A stretch of DNA of 44,365 bases from a virus. The first letter of the stretch is position 1. The number at the start of each line of letters is the position of its first letter. Made by a program: the position numbers and the translations under genes. Shown one piece after another: positions 28,908-36,992 of this stretch. The DNA is taken from UHGV virus genome UHGV-1373966, one strand, 5' to 3'. Below the pieces are notes generated by a model. It saw only the letters and a list, made by a program, of their open reading frames with translations, ran no database searches and was not told the origin of the DNA.

Positions 28908-29333
28908 TTGGAGATTAAAGATACTGTTTTGAATCTGGTTGAAAAATACGGAACCAGAAATCCTATGGAACTTGCGGACTATTTAGGTTTTATTGTACAA
29001 AAGCATGACCTGGGGAAATACTCGGGTTACTACATAGAATACGAAGGAGTACCGTGTATATGCATCAACTCACGCATTACCGATACCAAATACAGTGATA
29101 TTGTCTTAGCCCATGAAGTAGGTCATGGGGTGCTACACAAAGGTACTGAATGTATGTTTTTTGGAGGAACTTTTTTTAGTAAAGCCAAGCCAGAGCAAGA
29201 AGCAAATATTTTTACTGCGGAGCTACTGATACCGGATACTACTATATTAGAAAACCCAGGATTAAACAAAAAGCAACTTTCCTGTTTAACAGGATACAGA
29301 GAAAAACTTTTTGAATTTAAAGAATGGAGATAG
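28908..29333 (+). CDS. ImmA/IrrE-family metallopeptidase (anti-repressor protease)
   Basis: LAHEVGHGVLH HExxH + downstream EQEANIFTAELLIP; paired with the XRE repressor. Confidence 0.65.
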   Translation: MEIKDTVLNLVEKYGTRNPMELADYLGFIVQKHDLGKYSGYYIEYEGVPCICINSRITDTKYSDIVLAHEVGHGVLHKGTECMFFGGTFFSKAKPEQEANIFTAELLIPDTTILENPGLNKKQLSCLTGYREKLFEFKEWR

Positions 29334-29336
29334 CCT

Positions 29337-30017
29337 ATGCGTCCCAGTCAATACCATTATATAAAGCGCATGTGGGTAAGAAGTTCGTATAAGCGAAAAG
29401 AAAAAAGGAAACGTATATTATTGCTACCATTTCGACTGTTTTATAATTTATATAGTTTTCCTTTTAGGTTAATGGCCTATCCATTTAAAAGTAGCAGAAA
29501 AATAAAAACATATAAAAATGATATGTCTAAAGAAATAATAAAAGGTATTTTGGGTGGGGTATCAATTTTACTTATAATATTTTTAATATTATACTGTATT
29601 CAGAATTTCTTTTATTTATTTGGTTATGGACCTATAATATTGTTTGTGATTTTATTATCTATATTTATATATTGTAAGTGGGCTAAAAAAGAAATCTATG
29701 AATTACCAGAAAAAATTTTAGAACATATAAAAACATTGGCAGAAATCGTAAACACCACCAAAGATGAAGATATATTTGAAACTTCATTGAATGAGATTAA
29801 AATAGAATTGAATAAATTGGTATCTTATGAAAAAAATGGATGTCTAGGGCCAGAATTTTGTCCATCAAAGGACCTGGAAAAAATTACTGCTAACGAACAA
29901 TTAACCAGAAAAAGATTTGAAGAAAGAAAAAAGTTTGATGTAGAACAATATGCAAAAATGTGTAATGCCTATATTGAACATCAAGAAGAGATGGAACAGT
30001 ATAAGGATTCTAATTGA
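29337..30017 (+). CDS. membrane protein (2 TM) with cytoplasmic coiled-coil C-terminal domain
   Basis: GILGGVSILLIIFLILYCI / GPIILFVILLSIFIYC TMs; very AT-rich; true start possibly internal (MSKEI...). Confidence 0.4.
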   Translation: MRPSQYHYIKRMWVRSSYKRKEKRKRILLLPFRLFYNLYSFPFRLMAYPFKSSRKIKTYKNDMSKEIIKGILGGVSILLIIFLILYCIQNFFYLFGYGPIILFVILLSIFIYCKWAKKEIYELPEKILEHIKTLAEIVNTTKDEDIFETSLNEIKIELNKLVSYEKNGCLGPEFCPSKDLEKITANEQLTRKRFEERKKFDVEQYAKMCNAYIEHQEEMEQYKDSN

Positions 30018-30058
30018 ATCACAGGGATGGTTATTGAGTCTGATGCACATTACGGAGG

Positions 30059-30760
30059 ATGTTCATGAGTATTAAGGGCGCTTCGCAAGAGTTATTTGTA
30101 GGTAAAAAGGATTCCAAAATTATAGACTTGTTTGGGAATTCTACAAAAATTTTTTACTCAGATTTAAAAAAAATTGAGTATTGCTATTTTCAAATTGGCG
30201 TAGGTGGTGGATATCTGGATTTTGTTTATGATTCAAATAATGTAAAACGTTTTGACTTTAATCATAAAGCAAATGATAAAATAAGAAGAACTATTGAACT
30301 AATACAAGAAAATAATCCAGAATTAGAAATTATTGAACATTCTACTGAAGATTATAAATTCTATCAAAAGGATTGGTTTTATCTTCTAATGCTTTTCATT
30401 TGTTGTATGCCTTTAGGATTGTTTTTAATGTGGTATTACAAAAAAGGCACAAAATCAATGCGAATTATACTTACGGTTTTATTTATAACTTTATGGGGCA
30501 TTGGGATATTCTCATCATGGCCACGCACTTACAGTTATCACATAACACTGAATGAATATAATCAATGTACTACTGGAATGACATACCAAGAATGTGTAAA
30601 TATAATTGGTGGAGAAGGAGAACCTATGGCAGAAACTAATATTTTAGACATTAATTCTACCGCATACATTTGGTACGGAGATGATTCATCAGGAGCTAAT
30701 GCAACGATGTATTTTACAAATGGAAAATTGACTTCAAAAGCGCAATTTGGTTTGAAATAA
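30059..30760 (+). CDS. membrane protein: N-terminal soluble domain, 2 TM, small extracytoplasmic C-terminal domain
   Basis: WFYLLMLFICCMPLGLFLMWYY / ILTVLFITLWGIGIFSSW TMs; C-terminus TGMTYQECVNIIGGEG...FTNGKLTSKAQFGL; AT-rich. Confidence 0.45.
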   Translation: MFMSIKGASQELFVGKKDSKIIDLFGNSTKIFYSDLKKIEYCYFQIGVGGGYLDFVYDSNNVKRFDFNHKANDKIRRTIELIQENNPELEIIEHSTEDYKFYQKDWFYLLMLFICCMPLGLFLMWYYKKGTKSMRIILTVLFITLWGIGIFSSWPRTYSYHITLNEYNQCTTGMTYQECVNIIGGEGEPMAETNILDINSTAYIWYGDDSSGANATMYFTNGKLTSKAQFGLK

Positions 30761-30926
30761 GTAAAAACCGGCCCCTGCGCCAACAGGAACCGGCCTACAT
30801 ACCCGAAGATATGCACTATAATTCGCAACTATATTGTACCATCTTCGGGGCGGCTTTGCAAGATATTTGCGGAGCTGTATTTTTTATACCTATTTTTAGG
30901 AAAATCAATTGAAGGAGGAAAGGAAA

Positions 30927-32000
30927 ATGACTACAAAGGCCCCGAAAAAGAAAAAAGGAGTACTGCCGTCTGGAAATGTCCGAGTGCAGGTGTATCTGTA
31001 TACAGATGATAAAGGTAAGCGGCATTACAAAAGCTTTGTTGCCCCATCACGCAAAATCGCACAAGAAATGGCTGCCAGATGGAAATTAGATATGAAAGAT
31101 AAGCCCATAGAACAATACAACGTACCGGAAGAGGACGAAGAAGAAGATATTACAGTCAGTGATGCTATTGAACGCTATTTAAGCGCCAAGAGCGGTGTTT
31201 TAAGCCCTTCTACGCTTAGAGGGTACACTGGTCTACAAAGACAGTATTTCGGCGGCGCATTTGGCCAAAAAAAGCTTTCAGAACTGACAAGTCCATCTGT
31301 GCAAATATGGGTAAGTAATTTAGCTGCAAAAAAACTATCTCCAAAGACGGTAAGAAATGCCTATGGTCTGTTATCTCCAACACTGGAAATGTTTGCACCC
31401 GAATTAACTTTAAACGTTAAGCTGCCTCAAAAAAAACGTCCTAACTTATATTGCCCCAATGACAATGATATTAAAAAGTTGCTGGACGCTATTAAAGGCA
31501 CTGATTTAGAAATAGCTGTATTACTAGCAGCCTTTGGACCACTTAGGCGTGGAGAAATAAGCGCCCTAACCGACAAGAACGTGGACGGAAAGATAATCCA
31601 TGTAAGAGACAATATGGTCAAGGGGCCAGATAATCAATGGTACATTAAACAGCCTAAGACGGATGATAGCACACGGGATGTAGAAATGCCAGCATTTGTA
31701 ATTGACCGGATATCTGGAAAAAAAGGAAAATTGGTTGACATGAACCCGGATTACATCACACACCGATTCGGACGAGTACTCAAAAAGATTGACATACCCC
31801 ATTTCCGCTTTCACGACCTCCGGCATTATGCTGCATCCATTATGCACGCCATAGGCATACCGGACCAATATATTTTACAACGGGGGGGATGGGCCAGCGA
31901 CAATATCATGAAAGCAGTATATAGAAATGTAATTGACCTGGAAAGCGTCCGGCAGAACAAAAAAATTAATAAGCACTTTGAAAAATTAAACAGCATGTAA
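30927..32000 (+). CDS. int: tyrosine integrase
   Basis: GAAGGAGG RBS + ATG; ...LRRGEISAL..., HDLRHYAAS, GGWAS..IMKAVY catalytic motifs. Confidence 0.7.
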   Translation: MTTKAPKKKKGVLPSGNVRVQVYLYTDDKGKRHYKSFVAPSRKIAQEMAARWKLDMKDKPIEQYNVPEEDEEEDITVSDAIERYLSAKSGVLSPSTLRGYTGLQRQYFGGAFGQKKLSELTSPSVQIWVSNLAAKKLSPKTVRNAYGLLSPTLEMFAPELTLNVKLPQKKRPNLYCPNDNDIKKLLDAIKGTDLEIAVLLAAFGPLRRGEISALTDKNVDGKIIHVRDNMVKGPDNQWYIKQPKTDDSTRDVEMPAFVIDRISGKKGKLVDMNPDYITHRFGRVLKKIDIPHFRFHDLRHYAASIMHAIGIPDQYILQRGGWASDNIMKAVYRNVIDLESVRQNKKINKHFEKLNSM

Positions 32001-32102
32001 TAAAATAACATATTTTCCGTGTTGCATCGTGTTGCATATATAATAAAAAATAGCATATTTTCCACCGTGGTAGGCATAGGAAGTGCTGTTTCAAAACATG
32101 AA

Positions 32103-32146
32103 AAAACCTTGTAAATACGTTGTTTTTCCCGTATCTACAAGGTTTT
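32103..32146. terminator. 17-bp-stem hairpin, bidirectional terminator between int and the endolysin
   Basis: AAAACCTTGTAAATACG-(10)-CGTATCTACAAGGTTTT; T-runs on both strands. Confidence 0.5.
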
Positions 32147-32288
32147 ATGGAAAAGCTGCTGACGGGAATCGGACCCGTAAAATACAACGGTTTTATGCGG
32201 TTTGTAGGCTCCGTGTTGCATTTTGTGTTGCATATTTCCGAAGATGGTACTTTATTTATATAAGCGTCAGAGTCAAGTTCTGGCGCTT

Positions 32289-33074
32289 TTATATTGAATT
32301 AGAATCCTCTATGTACCAGACATCCAGTGCCCCATTGTCCTGGCTATGCCAGCACGCCCCCTCCAATGGACCGTTTGGTGTAGGGTCAAAGTAATACCAA
32401 TCCCCCGAACCATCATCCGGGTCACATGCACTTCCATTCCAGCGGTGCCAGCTGGTGCAAGCATATCCGTCTTTGTTAAACAGATACCAATGGTGATTTA
32501 TGACACACCACTTATTAGCCGGGTAAGTTCCATCTGGTCTGCGGTACCACCAGCCGTTATTATCCTTAATCCAGCCAGTGCGTCCCTCTGTCACCCAGGT
32601 TTTCATAAATTCATCCGGGGTGCGATATAGTTTCTTGATTCCAGATGTGCTACTTCCCCAATCCGGCAATTGGAAATGTGGCTTGTCCACAGGAGACTTC
32701 CAATTTCCACCCCATTCAAGTCCCAAAGATACACCGATAGCACCTACACGGTTAAAAAATCCACCAATTTCATTATAAGCTCCAGCTCCGTCATTGCGGA
32801 AGATATCAAAGGCAGTACCCCACTGATGATATGAGCTGTAGCTACTGCCTGGAGCATTAGTTACAATGTTCCCCGGTTTAGTCCTGCCCTGAGCATATAA
32901 CGCATCCTGTTCTGCCACAGTTCGCAATGTTTCGCCTATCTTAATTTTTAATCCCTGTTTATTACATTCATCCACTAACTGACCTGCTAAAAGCTGTAAG
33001 CGTGGATGACACAATGTGATATCTCTCATAATCATCCTCCAATTATACTGTTTTTCTGCTGCTCTGTAATCCAT
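32289..33074 (-). CDS. endolysin: N-terminal peptidase M15 (VanY/L-Ala-D-Glu peptidase-like) + C-terminal cell-wall/choline-binding-like repeats
   Basis: H-x6-D (HQWGTAFD) and downstream His; C-terminal GWWYRRPDGTYPANKW..HHWYLFNKDGY repeats. Confidence 0.65.
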   Translation of the reverse strand: MDYRAAEKQYNWRMIMRDITLCHPRLQLLAGQLVDECNKQGLKIKIGETLRTVAEQDALYAQGRTKPGNIVTNAPGSSYSSYHQWGTAFDIFRNDGAGAYNEIGGFFNRVGAIGVSLGLEWGGNWKSPVDKPHFQLPDWGSSTSGIKKLYRTPDEFMKTWVTEGRTGWIKDNNGWWYRRPDGTYPANKWCVINHHWYLFNKDGYACTSWHRWNGSACDPDDGSGDWYYFDPTPNGPLEGACWHSQDNGALDVWYIEDSNSI

Positions 33075-33158
33075 CCAAGTAATACAGCCCGGTTAAGCTC
33101 ATCAACGGTTAATGGCCCTTTTCCATTGTTATATAACCTTTTTAACGTTGTATACATG

Positions 33159-33572
33159 TTACACCTCCAGCTGATTTAAAATTATTGCATCCACTGTATC
33201 TTGCAATGTCCGCACTGTATCCCGGATATCTGGCCTACGAAGTTTAACAACCATAATGCTATCCTTCACTTCATTGGTTTCATAATTCGGCTCTTCCTCG
33301 GTTCCGGTATTTACTGTTTCAGATGAAATGACATAATCCATTTTCTTGCGCATCTCAACCAGCTGAGTAAATCCGGTTTTTACTTCCATCGGCTGACCGT
33401 CCAAACCAAGTATGTAAATTTTTTCTGTATTTGTCGGATTAAATTCGGATTCTACCGTTTCAAAACTATCTAGGACGGGAAGAAACGACAGGGTTAGGTA
33501 ATCGCCTGATTCTTCCACCCCGTTTGTAATTAAGTCGTATTTTGTGTTGTTTAATAGTTTTAATTGGTTCAT
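33159..33572 (-). CDS. hypothetical protein (end of tail module)
   Basis: 137 aa acidic, no TM. Confidence 0.35.
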   Translation of the reverse strand: MNQLKLLNNTKYDLITNGVEESGDYLTLSFLPVLDSFETVESEFNPTNTEKIYILGLDGQPMEVKTGFTQLVEMRKKMDYVISSETVNTGTEEEPNYETNEVKDSIMVVKLRRPDIRDTVRTLQDTVDAIILNQLEV

Positions 33573-34134
33573 TTTACTCCTTTCATGGGTATGTTTTTAT
33601 ATAGCAAATAGCAATTTTGGAGCAAACAGATATACAGATAATATAGATAATCTGTTTAAAAATTGTATAGTTCAATTGTTTCCTTCGCTTGGCACTACTG
33701 GTACCTTTCCAGTATCAGACATTAATGGGTCATTTTTGCGCGTTGTTAATAATGGTAGTGACTTCTGCTTTCAGCAACTTGACATCATAACCAACAAACA
33801 CACAACATCATATATCCGTAGTTGGTATTATGGCAATGATACAGTATACCCTGGATGGTCTGATTGGCGAAGGGTTATCACAAACGCGGATTTAGCCTCT
33901 GGTGCCGTGTCATATACAGGGCTAACGGCTGGAGGTGTGACCCAGAAAACTATAACTTTTGGAAAATCTTTTTCGAAGGCTCCCATTGTTTTAGTACAAC
34001 CTGTGACAAGTAACACAGCCGCACAAGTCAGGGTACGATCAATAGCAGCAACATCGTTTATAATTGATATAACACTACCTTCAAGCATGACAGCGTTAAC
34101 TGTATATTGGTGTGCCATTATTAGTAACACGTAA
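33544..34134 (+). CDS. secreted/anchored H-type-lectin-domain protein (antisense within the tail module); GTG start uncertain
   Basis: hydrophobic N-terminus; C-terminus TITFGKSFSKAPIVLVQPVTSNTAAQVRVRSIAATSFIIDITL....LTVYWCAI fits the H-lectin pattern. Confidence 0.4.
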   Translation: MLFNSFNWFILLLSWVCFYIANSNFGANRYTDNIDNLFKNCIVQLFPSLGTTGTFPVSDINGSFLRVVNNGSDFCFQQLDIITNKHTTSYIRSWYYGNDTVYPGWSDWRRVITNADLASGAVSYTGLTAGGVTQKTITFGKSFSKAPIVLVQPVTSNTAAQVRVRSIAATSFIIDITLPSSMTALTVYWCAIISNT

Positions 34135-34139
34135 AATAA

Positions 34140-34739
34140 TCATTTCGTTGTCCAGCCACTCCAAACGCCCTCACGCCTATATCTGGTATATAGGTTAGGG
34201 TCGCCAACCGCCATTGCCAATTGGCATAGCCACTGATCACCAAGGCTGTACGTAAGGCAGAATCCATTGCCGTACGCAGTGTTTCCTGTGGACTTGGGGG
34301 TGCTGGCCGTATTGGAATCCCACGCAACTATGTTGACAACTCCCGCGGTATTATTGTTAATGTCTCCCACAAGGCTTGTTTTGAGTGGATTCAGGGATTC
34401 CTTTACATTGTTCAGGTCTGCGGATAATCCAGACACTGTATCAGCATTGGCCTTGGACTCTAAATTGCTATTTAAGTCATTAATCGCGCGCTGCATTGTA
34501 TTAGCTAAAGCCAATGATGGAACCTTATCTGTAGCATCAGATAATACGTTAGATATAGCAGATAACGCTAACTTCTCCCGGTCCAGTTGCTTTAATGCAT
34601 CAATTGCTTTATTGGCTGCATCAGTTACCCGTTTTATTGCCTGTTCTGTTTTGTTTAAGTTTGTCTCATCCAAATCCGGCTCAGAGTCATTAACATACAC
34701 AGTAGGTATATATTCTTGGATATTTTCTATGTTATTCAT
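34140..34739 (-). CDS. tail fibre-like protein (coiled-coil + C-terminal knob)
   Basis: 199 aa; heptad-rich middle, C-terminus ...VGDPNLYTRYRREGVWSGWTTK. Confidence 0.45.
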   Translation of the reverse strand: MNNIENIQEYIPTVYVNDSEPDLDETNLNKTEQAIKRVTDAANKAIDALKQLDREKLALSAISNVLSDATDKVPSLALANTMQRAINDLNSNLESKANADTVSGLSADLNNVKESLNPLKTSLVGDINNNTAGVVNIVAWDSNTASTPKSTGNTAYGNGFCLTYSLGDQWLCQLAMAVGDPNLYTRYRREGVWSGWTTK

Positions 34740-34748
34740 GTAACCTCC

Positions 34749-35690
34749 TTACAGATTAAATCTAGCCAAATATAAATTGTAGTCAAACGCAGCCCCAGAA
34801 GCTCCAATATACAGGTAGGCATTGCCAGTTATTCCGCTTAAGGTAAATGTTTTTTCTTGCTCCCATTCAGCGCCGGAAGAGCTACTTCTTCCAATTGACC
34901 CATCAAGTAATATGTCACCTAGATTCGGATTATATCTATATTGCACGCTTGAACCGGACTGATATGCTTCCTCAATATAGTTTTCCACCCTATTCCGGCA
35001 TACCATAACCTTGCAAACCTTTCCGGTTCCAGACATTTGGACCGTAACCGATTTTACATTTGTAAGGTTGATGGGTAGGTCAAAAACAAATGCGACTGTT
35101 TCTCCTGAACCTGCACTTGCTTCTATGTGGTCCTTTGACAGTTTTACCGTACCAGTACCTTGTCTATATGTTGTATACCGAAAATATGTAATACCCTGTG
35201 AGCCATAAAATGTCCCGAATAGATATGGGGTATATGGGTCCTCATTTACATATCCTTCCCACAGTCCAGGACCTACGCCTGCAACATATTCACCTTTCTT
35301 AATGACCGAAGGGGTTAGGTTTTTAACCGGATTAATAGTGATATCACCATTCCCGTATTTTCCAGCAGTCTTGACCGTGATTTGTTTTGCTCCAGGACCG
35401 ATTGTCTGTGCATTAAATGTTTCAATGTTCTGGGTGATTTTCCCACCTGAATAATATCCAGGTTCAAGTTTTATTTCCCCGTTTGCCGGCAATATAATTG
35501 TTGGGGATTTTTTGTCTGGAAGTGTTCCGGTCTGTTTCTCCTCGCTTCCTTTCCCAAGGAATATATTACCTTCCAATACATCCTCTGGCATTGCTGTTAA
35601 GTCATCCAGATTCGCTTGACTACCAAATTTATGTAACGCCAACTTCGCCATATACACCATCCATTTCACTAACTTACAAAACCCTGCCAT
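34749..35690 (-). CDS. tail fibre/receptor-binding-like protein (paralog of 35669..36094)
   Basis: shared segment EPGYYSGGKITQNIETFNAQTIGPGAKQITVKTAGKY with the next gene. Confidence 0.45.
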   Translation of the reverse strand: MAGFCKLVKWMVYMAKLALHKFGSQANLDDLTAMPEDVLEGNIFLGKGSEEKQTGTLPDKKSPTIILPANGEIKLEPGYYSGGKITQNIETFNAQTIGPGAKQITVKTAGKYGNGDITINPVKNLTPSVIKKGEYVAGVGPGLWEGYVNEDPYTPYLFGTFYGSQGITYFRYTTYRQGTGTVKLSKDHIEASAGSGETVAFVFDLPINLTNVKSVTVQMSGTGKVCKVMVCRNRVENYIEEAYQSGSSVQYRYNPNLGDILLDGSIGRSSSSGAEWEQEKTFTLSGITGNAYLYIGASGAAFDYNLYLARFNL

Positions 35691-36094
35691 GTACCAGTTA
35701 CCGCCCCTTCACCTTCACCAACAGTCACGCCATATTTTATCACTTCCGGTCGCAATCCGCTTACTTCCAATACAATAATATCATACATTACGTATTTTCC
35801 TTTTGTTTCAATCACCTGTTTACCAGGACCAGGGTCAACAAATCCACCTCTGTATGTTTCAAGGTTTTGGAAGAATGTATCATTTCCATCATGGTATCCA
35901 GGCGTAATATTATATGTTTCATTTACGTCCATCTTTTTATTAATCGATTCAACATCTTGCATTGTCCCAGACTGTTCATTATCAGTCCCAGCTCCATAAA
36001 ATGTTTTTCCTTTTCTGACTCTTGGTGATGTAGCGGTTAGGCCGGTCACATCAACCCCACTTCCTTTAAACGGTAATCCGATTCTCATTGTCAT
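35669..36094 (-). CDS. tail fibre/receptor-binding-like protein (short paralog)
   Basis: TPGYHDGNDTFFQNLETYRGGFVDPGPGKQVIETKGKY aligns with the previous ORF. Confidence 0.45.
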   Translation of the reverse strand: MTMRIGLPFKGSGVDVTGLTATSPRVRKGKTFYGAGTDNEQSGTMQDVESINKKMDVNETYNITPGYHDGNDTFFQNLETYRGGFVDPGPGKQVIETKGKYVMYDIIVLEVSGLRPEVIKYGVTVGEGEGAVTGTWQGFVS

Positions 36095-36558
36095 ATTCCT
36101 TTCAATACAAGTATGAAATCTGCTGTTGGTTTCCTATAATTACATGTAATGGTCACTGATCCATTATTCGTTGTTATGTCGGTGATATACCCCACGCTTC
36201 TGTCCACGTCTTTCTGTTGCTGTTCCGAATTAATGACAGGATACTCGAACATTGGCACTGGGACATCCGTATCATTTATACCCGCATTGTTTACAGTCTG
36301 TTTATATGGTGCCTGGGTGCTCCACCCAGTTTTAGGGAAATCGAGCCTGATTGCCCCAATCATATCATTAACTGTTCCTTCTATCTTGTTAATGGCCTTA
36401 TTTGTATTATTGATATCATCAGCAGAGAATATGTCCCCTACCTCCACATATTCGGTTTTATCATCCAATGTAGATAGTCCGGTTTCAGAATCAGTTTCAA
36501 TTTTGTATTTACGCATTCCAGAAAATTTATCATTTTTATAATCAGTTTTCAAACTCAT
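36091..36558 (-). CDS. hypothetical tail/baseplate protein
   Basis: 155 aa, 4-nt overlaps with neighbouring genes. Confidence 0.35.
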   Translation of the reverse strand: MSLKTDYKNDKFSGMRKYKIETDSETGLSTLDDKTEYVEVGDIFSADDINNTNKAINKIEGTVNDMIGAIRLDFPKTGWSTQAPYKQTVNNAGINDTDVPVPMFEYPVINSEQQQKDVDRSVGYITDITTNNGSVTITCNYRKPTADFILVLKGI

Positions 36559-36992
36559 AGGCTTATACTCCTGTTTCCTAATGTTTTCCTTCCAAGTGTG
36601 AATGCAAGATGGTTTGGACCTGGACAGGATTTTACAATCAGATTCCCCAAATCATAAATGATTCTTTCTATGGCGTTGGCCTGATAAACTGATGTGTATG
36701 TTATCTTATCAGGGGTTAGCGGGGTGTTGCTGTCTGTATAGTATGCATTCCTTATTGCAACTATATTTTTTTTCAGACGGTCCATTTCGTAATCCGTCCT
36801 ATGGTCCTGCGGTTTCCATGTCTTAGATACAATCGTATTTCTATATCCGTACTGATTAAGGACATAAGATACCCATTTGATTGCCTGTTCGACACGGTTT
36901 AGGTCTTTGTAATCAATGTAAGCCTTGTCGGTTAATTCTATTATGTCTGACTGCGTACGGTCAAAAATAAGGGATTCTAAATACTTACTCAT
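36555..36992 (-). CDS. hypothetical tail/baseplate protein
   Basis: 145 aa, translationally coupled. Confidence 0.35.
   Translation of the reverse strand: MSKYLESLIFDRTQSDIIELTDKAYIDYKDLNRVEQAIKWVSYVLNQYGYRNTIVSKTWKPQDHRTDYEMDRLKKNIVAIRNAYYTDSNTPLTPDKITYTSVYQANAIERIIYDLGNLIVKSCPGPNHLAFTLGRKTLGNRSISL

Noticed and set aside
32150-32200. Possible tRNA 3' fragment (ACGGG-TCCGATT-CCCGT on the minus strand) in the attP region
   Set aside because: T-loop position 55 is C and no acceptor-stem partner was found. Weak.
33828-34130. 100-aa minus-strand ORF opposite the H-lectin gene
   Set aside because: No start context and odd composition. The plus-strand ORF has a domain-like C-terminus, so this one is treated as the shadow.
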